Shown here: positions 36,738 to 49,467 of the stretch, piece by piece
Numbering within the stretch: the stretch's first letter is position 1
Layout: every line of letters begins with the position of its first letter
Assembly: GCF_963921235.1 (NCBI RefSeq)
Contig: NC_086097.1
Span: 92,754,001-92,818,000, forward strand
Length of the DNA: 64,000 bases
Reading direction: 5' to 3'
Source of the DNA: Mobula hypostoma
Lineage: Eukaryota
Translations under genes and position numbers: made by a program
Notes under the pieces: generated by a model
What the model saw: only the letters and a program-made list of their open reading frames with translations
Databases searched by the model: none
What the model was told of the DNA's origin: nothing

Positions 36738-39445
36738 ATAGATTTTTTTACTTACTTTTATAGGTACTGCAGCGGGGGCCCTCAACTCACAGGTAGGAGG
36801 GGCTATCCCCCACGGCTAGACATTTCCTCTAGCTCAACCCAGGGTCATCAACAGACCCCAGCCTTGGAATCACACCTTCGTTACCTTTTTTTTTATTATT
36901 CGTGTTTCTTGGCTCTTACTTGTTCAGGGCGTAGATCGATTAAGTTATATTCTGCAAATTTCAATGGCATACTAACAGATAAATACACATGGCTAAGGAC
37001 AAAGTAAAATTCATTTCTTTTAATGTCAATGGGCTGTTAAATCCAATCAAACAAAGTTAAATTCTATCAAAAATGAAAAAAGAACAAACCCATGTAGTAT
37101 ATTCACAGGAAACTCACTTCAGTGATAATGAGCATGGAAAATTAAAGAGAATGGGTTTCACTAATTTGTTTTTCTCCTCATATAAATCAGGACATAGAAG
37201 AGGAGTTGCTATTTTCATCTCAAGCAAGCCAAATTTTGAAAAAGTATTCGAAATGGGAGATAAGGAGGGCAGATATGTTCTGGTAAGGGGGAATATAGAC
37301 GGAAATCCAGTTACTTTATTGAATATATACGCACCCCCAGGAAGAGATATTAGTTTCTTCCAGAAAATTACTAATATTATGGTAACGGAAACAGAAGGTC
37401 TCTTGATATGTGGGGGAGATTTAAATTTACAATTACAACTAAAGTTAGACTCTTCCAATAGAAAAACTTATGAAACAAAGTCCTTACATAAGAAAGTTAA
37501 CACTCTTTTTGAGGATGTTGGTCTAATTGATATATGGAGGGATCTTTTTCCCCAAACGAAGGGATTACACTCATTATTCTGCCCCCCCCCCCATTCCGTA
37601 TATACAAGAATAGACTATTTCATAACATTTGGAAAAGATAAAGACAAAATAAACACCTGTGGAATTGGGACAATAGATGTAAGTGACCATGCACCTATAT
37701 ATTTATCTGTTGATTTTGACCTACAACCATAGAATACTATCTGGAAACTAAATTCAAGTCTACTCAATGATTCCTATTTTAAAGAACAAATTAAAAAAGA
37801 AATTGGTCTTTACTTAGAATTCAATGATAATGGGAGAGGTTTCACCTCCCATTCTATGGGATACTCTGAAGACCGTCTTAAGAGGGAAAATTATAGCGAT
37901 ATCTTCATATAAGAAAAAAAATAAGGGATAAAACATTAGAGGAATTACAAAATAAGCTGAAGGAACTAGAAAAAAAACACAAATTGAGTTTGGCACAGGA
38001 TACACTAGAGGAAATTTTAAAAATTAGGAATAAAATTAATAGTTTGGCTACACAAGAAATTAGAAAAAATTTAATGTTTCTGAAACAGAGACACTATGAA
38101 AGTGGATCTAAATCTATGAAAATACTGGCGTGGAAACTGAAAAAAAGATAGCAGAAAATACAATTCATAGTATTAGGGATCCAAGAACAAAAGTGATTAA
38201 AAAATAAGGTAAGTGAAATTCAAGAAGCTTTTGAAATGTTTTACAAAACTCTATATTCCAAAAGTTCCAGGGGAAAGCATAACTGAAATTGACACCTTCC
38301 TGAATTCTTTAGAGTTACCCACTTTAAGTAAAGAACAAAATAGAACGATGACTGCTGACATAACTGAAGCTGAACCAAAAACTGCAATTAGTGTGCTTAA
38401 ATTAAGCAAGTCACCAGGATCAGATGGATATACCGCAGAGTGGTATAAGGAATTTAGAAATGAGTTAATTCCTGTTTTGCTCCCCACACTGAACTGGACC
38501 CTAAGAAAGGAACAAATGCCACCTAGCTGGAAGGAGGTGATAATCTCAGCTATACCGAAAGAAGGCAAGGATAACATGGAATGTGAGTCCTTTAGACCAA
38601 TAACTGTTCTTAATGTGGATTATAGAATATTTACCTCCATCATGGCCAAAGGATTAGAAGAGTTTCTACCCACACTGATACATAATGATCAGCCAGGTTT
38701 TATACAACAACGCCAAACACAGGACAATATACGAAGGACACTTCACATTATGGATCATATAAAAAAATGAAATTGAAGCAATAGTGATAAGTGTGGTCGC
38801 TGAAAAGGCATTTGATTCGGTTAATTGGAATTTTCTTTACAGAGTTTTACATAGATTCGGTCTACATGACACAATTATTAAAACTATACAGGCACTATAT
38901 GACAATCCTACTGTTAGGATTAAAATCAATGGATATTTATCTAATAGTTTTACCCTAGAAAGGGGCACGAGACAGGGTTGTGCATGGTCACCGCTACTCT
39001 TTGCATTATATCTGGAACCATTAGCTCAATACATCAGACAAAATGAAGATATCAGGGGAATTGCTATTAAAGGGACAGAACATAAATTGGCCTATTACGC
39101 GGATGGCATTTTGATCTATCTAGGGCAACCAACATACTCTTTATCTAAATTGATGCAATCCTTTGAACAATATGGCCAATTATCAGGATACAAGATCAAC
39201 ATAGATAAAACCCAACTACTTTCATATAACTATAGCCCACCAAGAGAAATGGAAAGTAGATATCCCTGGGCATGGCAAACAGAGTCTGTCAAATATTTGG
39301 GCATCATTATGCCAAAAGATTTGACAAAATTATCAGAATGCAATTATCAGCCTATATATAAAAAAAATTAAGGAAGATATAACAAGATGGAACCTAATTC
39401 CTTTTCTTGGTCTGAGTTCAAGGATTGAATCTATTAAAATGAATA

Positions 39446-41053
39446 CAAGTGTCCCCCGCTTTTCGAACGTTCGCTTTACGAAACCTCACTGTTACGAAAG
39501 ACCCACATTAGTACCCTGTTTTCGCAAACAGAACGTGTTTTCACTGTTACGAAAAAAGCAGCGCGCAATAAAAATCAGCGCGCGATAAAAAGCAGCGTGC
39601 GCCCCAAGCAGCCGCTCCTCCCCCAGATTTGGAACTGCATTCTCGCCAGCATTGCTTAAACACATGCCTGTGAGCAGCCATTAGCAAGATGAGTTCTAAG
39701 GTATCGGAAAAGCCTGAAAGAGCTCGTAAGGGTGTTACACTTAGCGTAAAACTAGACATAATTAAGCCTTTTGATCGTGGTGAACGAAGTAAGGACGAAG
39801 TGAGTTTGGCTTGTGGAAGCTGACGAAGATGATATTGAAGAGGTTTTGGCATCCCATGACCAAGAACTGATAGATGAAGAGCAGATGCAATTGGAAGAGG
39901 AAAGGATAACAATCGAAACCGAATGAGAAATGATAAAGTACAACTTTAATTTTAAAAGGGTATGTAGGTTTAGGGGATATTTTCAGGATGGTTTGAGTGC
40001 TTACAAAGAACTGTATGATAGAAAAACACACGAGGCTCAGCAGTCAAGCAAGTTTTCCACATCAGCCACAGCAGACGACAAACCTCGACCTTCGACATCG
40101 AAGCGGGCAGAGATAGAAGATGAGCTGCCTGCTCTAATGGAAACAGACGACAATGAGATGACACCCCAGTGTCCCACTACCCCAACACCCAGGCCACGGA
40201 CAGATACCAATTCGTGGAGAATGCAGCGGTAGCCGGGAGACACACAGCACATCTTTAAGAAAAAAGCCGAAATAAACATGCTAATTAATTAGGTGCCGCC
40301 CGACATGTAATTGTCGGCCAAGATCAGAGGCGATGCAATCGGCAATCCGCACTGATCCGGGCCGACAATTACGTGTTGGGCGGCACCTAATTAATTAGCT
40401 TGTTTATTTCGGCTTTTTTCTAAAAGATGTGCTGTGTGCCTCCCGGCTACCGCTGGACCCCTGCATGCTTCGTGGCAATGTATCAGGTCATTGCCTGGAG
40501 GGTGGGGGCCACTGCACCACCCAAACTCCGACTCAGCCTAACACACGATCATCAGTGTGCTCGGCGCTGTCCCAATTCCGGTAAGTGATACTACACTGCA
40601 CATACATTATTTCTACTTTATATAGGCTGTGTATTTTTATGCGTTATTTGGTATGATTTGGCAGCTTCATAGCTTAAAGGTTACTGGAGAGAGTGTTATT
40701 GCCAACAGCGCTTGCGTGAGATTTTCTGCCGACGGCGCTTGCGTCGTGTTTCTACGAACAGCGCTTGCTTGAGATCTTCACTACAGAGAATAGTTCAGTA
40801 ATGATTGTGGAAAAGTATTTCTACTTTATATAAGCTGTGTATTTATCATATCATTCCTGCTTTTACTAAATGTTACTGTTATTTTAGGTTTTATGTGTTA
40901 TTTGGCATGATTTGGTAGGTTATTTTTGGGTCTGCGAACGCTCACAAAATTTTCCCATATAAATAAATGGTAATTGCTTCTTCGCTTTACGACATTCTGG
41001 CTTACCAACTGTTTCATAGGAACGCTCTACCTTCGGATGGCGGGGAACACCTG
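39446..41053 (+). mobile_element. Tigger/pogo internal-deletion derivative, copy 2
   Basis: TA TSD (39444-39445, 41054-41055). Removing it restores L1 ORF2 atg aat ata ctg ccc (MNILP). Colinear with copy 1. Confidence 0.9.
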
Positions 41054-44000
41054 TATACTGCCCAGATTACTATATCTCTTTCTGACCCTACCAATAGAGA
41101 TTAACCAAAATTAATTCAATGAATGGAACAAGATGCTATCAAGATATATACAGCAAGGTAAAATGCCTAGAGTTTGTCTCAAAACTTTGCAATTGGCCAA
41201 GGAAAAGGGGGGATGGGGCCTGTCTTCACTTAGAGATTACTATTTTGCAGCACAGTTGACAGCTGTGATATGCTGGTGCAATCCATCATATGACGCTCTA
41301 TGGAAAAACATTGAGGAGAGGATATTTTCCATCCCCATGCTGGCAATTTTGGCTGATAACAACCTACAAAGTTACATAAATACTATTGATAACCCATGGG
41401 TGAAATGGACTCTTAAAATATGGAAAACTATTATAAAAGAATATAAACTAGAGAGAGAGACATTGCAATTCTTAAATGGTGTGCACATGACTCGGATTTT
41501 ACGCCGAACAAACTGGATGCTAGATTTAAGGACTGGACAGCTAAAGAAATAACAGCTATTTTCAATATAATGACAGAAGGAACACTGTTCAGTTTTGAAA
41601 TGCTCAAAGAGAAACACTTACTAGAAAAACAAGACTTCTATCGATATTTACAGATGCGACAGTATGTTAATAGGACGGTTAAAAATGTAACCAAGGCATG
41701 TTTGATCGAGCTATTTAGAAAAACATATAATTCAGACAACGGTAGGAGAATAATTTCAAGCATGTATAAGGGTTTGTCAAATCTTAAAACACATTCGACT
41801 TCATACATTAAAACAAAATGGGAGAAGGAAGGAGGGATAATAATATCTGAGGAAGAATGGGCAATAATATGGAGGTATCAATGGAAGTGTACCAGTTCAC
41901 AGAAATGGAGGGAGTTTGGATGGAAAAACTTGATAGGATATTTTACTACACCCTCTCAGAAACCCCATTATGATAGTAACCCCCCTGTTTGCTGGAGAAA
42001 TTGTGGAAATCAAAATGCAAACCATTATCATATTTTCTGGGAATGCCCCGTTATCAAAGACTATTGCAGTGGGATATGATTGAGTGAGTTTTTTTGGGTA
42101 GGCGATTTGTTTACACTTAAATGACTTTGGCCACTAGACTTCTATTTGACAAAGTACTGTGGATTGAGTCCACAACAGTGCGTTTCCTAAAAAGGTGCAA
42201 ATACCAGATGCTTCTGGCGCCGTAGTTTGACCTGATGCTGTAGTTTCGAAGACAGTATTATCTATACATTATAAATATTAATTGTCTTCTATGTTAGCAC
42301 AGGAAATGCCAAATAAATGTATCGTAGACTTAACTTGCATTCCTAAAGGCTGTGGATACCAACCCAGACATGTTGGCATCGGAAGGAAAGGATGGTATGA
42401 TATTTTGTATGTAGCTTTAATAGTGCCCTACAAGACATCCTTAAATGTGAAATACCCTTAGAGAGTAAGACCATATATTTTGGGTATATACCTCAAGAAT
42501 GGTTGAAAAGAGATAAATATTTAATGAATAAACTGCTAGTGGCTGGTAAAAAGACCCTTACCAGGAAATGGTTATCACAGGAGAGCCCAACTTTAAATGT
42601 ATGGATGGAAATTACAATGGACATTTACTATATGGAGAAGATAATAGCATTTGTTAATCATAAGTTGGAACAATTTGATTCATACTGGAAAAATGGTTTA
42701 ACTACATAACACCTCATAGGCCTGATTTTATTTTCACAAGTCAATGAATATGTTGTAAAAAAAAATCACTCCCTACTTTGTACATACTTTTCTTCTTTTG
42801 ATTGTTCTTTATTTTCTCTCCTTTCTTCAAGTGTATACCTCAGATAAATATTATGTGGAAATTTGTGACAAATGTGACTATATGATTATATATATATGTA
42901 TAGAATCTGAAATGCATCTTATGGAAATGTTTGTTTGATGATGAACTTCAATAAAAAATAAATCACAAAATAAAAGCACAAATAATCAAAATGGAGTTTG
43001 CGGGATTGGGTATTGCTGGCAAGGCTAAATCTCCATCCCTAATTACCCTGGACAGGCACCTTCTGGAATTACTGCCGTTCTTGAGGTTTAATGGGAAGCA
43101 AAAGTAGATCAGAAAGACCTGAGAGATGGGTGAATGATGCAGGTTCATTTTTGGACAGCTAAGTGTTGGATAACCTCAAGTTTATGAAGTTAACTTGAGG
43201 AAAACTGGGCTGAAATGTACTGAAATAATCAAGACCAAGCTAATAAATTACAATAAGATTTTCAGCAGCCAGGACGATACATGGAGTTAGGCAGTTACAG
43301 ACGTGGAAATAAGTAAACAAGAGATTCTGCAAATACTGGAAATCCAAAGCAACACACACAAAATATGAGATGAACTCAGCAGGTCAGGCTGCATATGTGA
43401 AAATAATTAGTCAAGGTTTCGGGCTCAGGACCGGAAAGGAAGGGGGAGATGCCAGAGGGTGGAGGGTGAAGGAGGATAAACTCAAAAGGTAATAGGTGAA
43501 GCCAGGTGGGTGGGAAAGGGCGAAGTATTTCTCACAGTGTTGATAGGCAGATCATTACATCAGCTATATTGCTGCAGGTCCTGAGATGAGACAGTCTTTC
43601 CTATAGGAAATTAGTGAAATGGATATGTATTGTCAGAGTCACCATAACAGATGCTATCTTTTTTATTCTGCATTATTTATTTTAAGGGATTTGGAACTGG
43701 CATGTCTGAATCATTACTGACGATAATGCCCACAACATAACTAACATATATCCACTTTTGTTTCATCTCAAGAGAGGGTATGGGAGTAGAAGCAAACCAT
43801 ACACACTTCCTTATAACTATAGACGCAAACTGGTGAGACCATATCAGGTTTATCATGAGCAGCTCTGGCCACTTATTTTAGAAAGGTTATTTAGTAGTTG
43901 AGGCTGATTTACCAGAATGACACCTTACCAAAATAGTTGAATAACAAGGTGAGAACACAAAATGTACAACACAAATCTATAATTTATAGCTTTTTTGTTT

Positions 44001-44447
44001 ACACAAAGTTCCCCTAATCACTTACAGAGCAACCACTTTTTAAGCACATAGGGAGTGCAACTTAGATTAACATAACAGTAATTCGGGTCATTGGATCTGG
44101 ATGACAAACAGAGAACAAACAATTCACAATTCCATTGTACTTTAATACAGCAATGTATCTCAAAGCATTTCAGAGAAGTGCATCCAAATAAGAATGATGC
44201 CAAGCCACAAAACTGATGTCATGCTGCGTAAATTAACAAGTGGCTTCAAGATGAGAGAAGTGATATTGAAGCAGAGAGATTTACGGAGGGAATTCCAAAG
44301 CTCAGGAAGGACCAAGCCAACTGTAAAAGCAGAGTGACTAAATTCTGCAATGACCAACGACCCAGAAGTGGAAGCACAGCTGAAGATTACAGATACTTTG
44401 AGCAGACAACGATTTGAAAGCAAAGATGTGAATTTAAAATACAGTTA

Positions 44448-44607
44448 ACATACATAAAAGTTGCTGGTGAATGCAGCTGGCCAGGCAGCATCTCTAAGAA
44501 GAGGTACAGTCGACGTTTCGGGCCGAGACCCTTCGTCAGGACTAACTGAAAGAAGAGCTAGTAAGAGATTTGAAACCAGCATCTGCAGATTTCCTCATGT
44601 TTGCATT
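44448..44607 (-). mobile_element. 160-bp mini-Penelope insertion with inverted 3' tip
   Basis: Minus-strand hammerhead segment (44448-about 44574) followed by a plus-strand ccagcatctgcagatttcctcatgtttgc tip. 15-bp TSD tttaa(a/t)atacagtta at 44433-44447 and 44608-44622. Confidence 0.85.
44507..44548 (-). ncRNA. Minimal hammerhead ribozyme, consensus-perfect copy
   Basis: Minus strand reads cagttagtc CTGACGA a gggt ctcg gccc GAAACGTC gactg. Confidence 0.85.
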
Positions 44608-45183
44608 TTTAATATACAGTTAGTGCTTAATGGGAAGCAAAAGTAGATCAGAAAGATCAAAAGATAGGTGAGTGGTGCAGGTTCATTCTTGGGCAGCAAA
44701 GTGTAGGATAACCTCAAGTTTATGACGATAACGTTGAGGAAAACAGGGCTGGAATGCACTGGAATAATCAAAACTAAGCTAACAAAATGACAAAAGATTT
44801 TCAGCAGCCAGAACGATACAAGGATAGAGTTAAGCAGTTAGAGACGTGGAAATAAGTAAACAAGAGATTCTGCAGATACTGGAAATCCAAAACAACACAC
44901 ACAAAATGCTACATGAATTCAGCAGATCAGGCAGCATCTATGAAAATGAATAAACAGTTAAGATTTCAGGCTGAGATCCTTCAGCAGGACCAGAAAGGAA
45001 GGGGAAAGATACCAGAATTAAAAGGTGGGGGGAGGGGAAGGAGGGCAAGCTAGAAGGTGATAGGTGAAGCCAGGTGAGCAAAAAAGGACCAAGCATTTTA
45101 ATTCCTATCCCCATTCCCGGTCCAACATTGAATATTTACTCTTTTCCATCTAGATATTGCCTGATCTGCTGAGTTCATCCAGC

Positions 45184-45186
<3 letters not shown>

Positions 45187-45235
<49 letters not shown>

Positions 45236-45238
45236 TGT
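45187..45238. repeat. (GT)n microsatellite expanded inside a PLE-tail repeat
   Basis: About 25 GT units replace the short tgtgtgtgtt tract of the element tail. Confidence 0.9.
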
Positions 45239-45710
45239 GGCTTGGATTTCCAGCATCTGTAGATTTTCTCCTGTTCGTGGCAGTTTTAAAGGCAAGATTG
45301 ATAGAATATTGATAAGAAAAATTCAGGAATATTAAGGAAAATGCAGGTATATTGCTCAAGTCGTAGGTCAGCATCATTGCAATGAATGGCAAAACATGCT
45401 AAATTACCTACTCTTCTGATTGCTATTCCTCAGTACTGCACTTGAGTGTCAGCCTGAATTATGTACTCTAGTCTCAGGAGTAGCACTTGAATTCCTAACC
45501 TTTATGAGTCTAAATTAAAATTATAACCACTTGGCCACATTTGACAGCTAGTTCTATGTAATTGTCAGAGAAATTTTCATTCAGTGATGGAATAGACTGA
45601 GGCACCTGTTGTCCCATGTCATTATACTGTATTACATTGAAAAGCTTTGTGATAATGGCCATCTGGGATAAGCCACTTTGATTTGAAATTACTGAATCGG
45701 GAAACTAACT

Positions 45711-45772
45711 CAGGGGTTCCCAATCTGGTTAATGGCAGGGGTCCATGACATTGGAAAGGTTGGGAACTCCTG
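45711..45772. mobile_element. hAT MITE, 62 bp (same TIRs as 4881-4961)
   Basis: caggggttcccaatc / ggttgggaactcctg; degenerate 8-bp TSD aactaact/ctctaact. Confidence 0.7.
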
Positions 45773-46037
45773 CTCTAACTTATCAATTGCTCACAACCTC
45801 AAAGGGGAACCTAAATGTGGTCAATTATTCGGCTAGGAAAGAAATGAAAACCTCATAACCACACAAATACATCCATCTTTCAACAGATCTACCACCAGCG
45901 TTCACCCAGCAGGATCAAGCAGCAAGGCCCTGTTTCTTCATTCGTGCTTCCATCCACGCACCTTCTCAATATAGAGCGTTGGCTTTCATCCCCACACTCC
46001 TCCCTTGCCTTCCTCCAGGTCCTGCACGTTCACTCAC

Positions 46038-47050
46038 CTTTCCCCAACCAGTGTCATTAGCGCTCTTCTCCCGTGTCAAAAGCTGTATCTCAAAGCATGT
46101 GATAATAATAAACCAAACCACTGCAGTGCCTTTTCTCTTTGTCTCCCCTCCCTCCTCCCACCTTTTGCCCCGCTACGCCCCGTACCGTACGTTCTCCTCG
46201 CCCCTGCCCCACCATCACTCACTCTCACGCTGCACGATCAGACTCCGGGACGCACACCGACAATCACTTCCGTCCTGCTTCGCGTCACACCAATAACTGT
46301 CCCCACAACGCGCCGCGCATAGACCCTATTCTCAGCTGTGTGTCAGTAACTTCGTCCCCTGAACTTCCGTCCGTAAATCGTTCCCATGGCGCGGCCGACG
46401 CTAACGACTTCCAAGTGTGCCAAACAAAATAGCACAGAGGAGTAATGTGAAAGAAATCATTGTTAAGTTGCTTTGGAAAAGAAAGAAATGTTCCTACATA
46501 AGGAATCTCAGTAGCGAAATGAAGTACAGCCCGAGGTATAAAACTAAGTTTACTTTTAAAGATGCAAACACGAGGAAATCTGCAGATGCTGGAAATTCAA
46601 GCGTGTCGCTTACTTTTAAAGGTATAACTTTTCAACGTTAAATCACTAATAATGTAAACAGCTAAAGGACCAGGCTCCCGATTGTAGTTGAAGATAAACC
46701 CTTGGTGAGAAATTATCGTTTTGGAAAGTTAACTAGCGGGTTGTCCCGCAGGTGGCTCGAAGGAAAGAGTTCAGTGTGTTGTTTCCATCACAACGACGCC
46801 GTGTGCTGGAATTGTTTCCCGAATGCTCGTTGTTGCAACTCAAAAAAAGTGACCGGGAACATCGTCAATTATGAACAGAGTTCTCCGTGGCTGCTGCCCA
46901 AGGCGTTATCAGAAGGAATTACCACGCTGTTTATGCGATGCTGTCACGTTTATCGTACCGACTAATAATGAGCCCATTGTAGAGCGTAAGTTTAGGAGGG
47001 CTGAAAAGTTTTCCTCCGCAGCTGTCGCTCGACACGCTGCAGTTTGTTTG
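46038..47050 (-). promoter_or_regulatory. RPAP1: Probable RPAP1 promoter and non-coding first exon(s)
   Basis: Local CpG enrichment; two ETS-like acttccg sites (about 46266 and 46363); minus-strand donors aaag|gtgagt (exon end 46038) and aga|gtgagt (46223). The ATG exon has an acceptor, so an upstream exon is required. Confidence 0.6.
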
Positions 47051-47442
47051 TCCTTATAAAACATGCCGTGGAAGTGCAAATAGCCGAGTATTAAGTTAGC
47101 ATTGTGGGGTTTTCGATCACCTGCTGCAAGTCAACATCATCTTTCACAGTACTGTAGTATTATCTAAGCTGAACAAAACACATTCCGAACAAATTTATAA
47201 GCCCATTTCCAAGAGGGTGACGTGTTATGGAATATCCAATTGTGCAATCGATATAAACACGCGAGATTCTGGAGATGCTGGAAATCCAGAGCAACGCACA
47301 TAAAATGCTGGAGGAATTACACAGGTCAGGCAGCATCATAGCAAGGAATCGAGTCGACGTTTCGGGTGGAGACTAATAATTACATCGGACAGACTAGAAC
47401 TCACCGAGTTCCCGATGGAAATTTGCAAGAAGCAGTCAAGAT

Positions 47443-49467
47443 ACGCAGCAGGCCAGGCAGCATCTCTAGGAAGAGGTACAGTCAACGTTTCGGGCCGAGA
47501 CCCTTCCTCAGGACTAACTGAAGGAAGAGCTAGTAAGAGATTTAAGAGGGGGAGGGGGAGATCCAAAATGATAGGAGAAGACAGGAGGGGGAGGGATGGA
47601 GCCAAGAGCTGGACAGGTGATTGGCAAAAGGGATATGAGAGGATCATGGGACAGGAGGCCTAGGGAGAAAGAAAAGGGGGAAGGGGGAAAAACCCAGAGG
47701 ATGGGCAAGGGGTATAGTCTGAGAGAGAAAAAGGAGAGAGTGAGAAAGAATGAATGTGTGTATATACATGAATAACAGATGAGTTATGAGGGGGAGGAGG
47801 GGCATTAGCGGAAGTTAGAGAAGTCAATGTCCATGCCATCAGGTTGGAGGCTACCCAGACGGAATATAAGGTGTTGCTCCTGCAACCTGAGTGTGGCTTC
47901 ATCTTTACAGTAGAGGAGGCCGTGGATAGACGTGTCAGATTGGGAATGGGATGTGGAATTAAAATGTGTGGCCACTGGGAGATCCTGCTTTCTCTGGCGG
48001 ACAGAGCGTAGGTGTTCAGCAAAACGATCTCCCAGTCTGCGTCGGGTCTCGCCAATATATAAAAGGCCACATCGGGAGCACCGGACGCAGTATATCACCC
48101 CAGCCGACTCACAGGTGAAGTGTCCCCTCACCTGAAAGGACTGTATGGGGCCCTGAATGGTGGTAAGGGAGGAAGTGTAAGGGCATGTGTAGCACTTGTT
48201 CCGCTTACAAGGATAAGTGCCAGGAGGGAGATCAGTGGGGAGGGATGGGAGGGACGAATGGACAAGGGAGTCGCGTAGGGAGCGATCCCTGCGGAATGCC
48301 GAGAGAGGGGGGGAGGGAAAGATGTGCTTACTGGTGGGATCCCGTTGGAGGTGGCAGAAGTTACGGAGAATAATATGTTGGACCCGGAGACTGGTGGGGT
48401 GGTAGGTGAGGACCAGGGGAACCCTATTCCTAGTGGGGCGGTGGGAGGATGGAGTGAGAGCAGATGTGCGTGAAATGGGGGAGATGCGTTTGAGAGCAGA
48501 GTTGATGATGCAGGAAGGGAAGCCCCTTTCTTTAAAAAAGGAGGACATCTCCCTCGTCCTGGAATGAAAAGCCTCATCCTGAGAGCAGATGTGGCGGAGA
48601 CAGAGGAATTGCGAGAAGGGGATGGCATTTTTGGAAGAGACAGGGTGGGAAGAGGAATAGTCCAGATAGCTGTGAGAGTCAGTAGGCTTATAGTAGACAT
48701 CAGTAGATAAGCTGTCTCCACAGATAAACAGAAAGATCTAGAAAGGGGAGGGAGGTGTTGGAAATGGACCAGGTTGACTTCGTTAACTTTGTCCTGTACG
48801 CATGCTGAGCTCGTTGACTTCATTAACTTTGAGTCCACCAGAGAAAGCAGGATCTCCTAGTGGCCACATATTTTAATTCCACATCCCATTCCCATTCTGA
48901 TATGTCTATCCACGGCCTCCTCTACTGTAAAGATGAAGCCACACTCAGGTTGGAGGAACCACACCTTATATTCCGTCTGGGTAGCCTCCAACCTGATGGC
49001 ATGAACATCGACTTCTCTAACTTCCACTAATGCCCCACCTCACCCTCTTAACCCATCTGTTATTTATGTATATACACACATTCTTTCTCTCTCTCTCCTT
49101 TTTCTCCCTCTGTCCCTCTGACTATACCCCTTGCCCATCCTCTGGGTTTTCCCCCCCTCCCCCTTTTCCATCTCCCTGGGCCTCCAGTCCCATGATCCTC
49201 TCATATCCCTTTTGCCAATCACCTGTCCAGCTCTTGGCTCCATCCCTCCCCTTCCTGTTTTCTCCTATCATTTTGGATCTCTCCCTCCCCCTCCCACTTT
49301 CAAATCTCTTACTAGCTCTTCCTTCAGTTAGTCCTGACGAAGGGTCTCGGCCTGAAACGTCGACTGGACCTCTTCCTAGAGATGCTGCCTGGCCTGCTGC
49401 GTTCACTAGCAACTTTGATGTGTGTTGCTTGAATTTCCAGCATCTGCAGAATTCCTTGTGTTTGCGT
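47443..49467. mobile_element. Inverted-repeat Penelope insertion: minus copy 47443-48775 and plus copy 48838-49467
   Basis: ORF 47805..48548(-) is the PLE thumb/GIY-YIG region. Both arms end in a hammerhead (47479-47520 -, CUGAGGA/GAAACGUU; 49325-49366 +, intact). Confidence 0.9.
49325..49366 (+). ncRNA. Minimal hammerhead ribozyme, intact copy
   Basis: Identical core to 16315-16356. Confidence 0.85.

Larger units (their letters stand above)
34436..42975 (+). mobile_element. Full-length decayed L1-clade LINE, family B, carrying four nested insertions
   Basis: 5'UTR ccggtgacgtcatc..aatggcagc; ORF1 remnants (IERAHR, PRSIVLRF, PYPAKL); ORF2 from ATG 36989 ([52 protein letters not shown]); A-rich 3' end at about 42950-42975. 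Confidence 0.9.
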
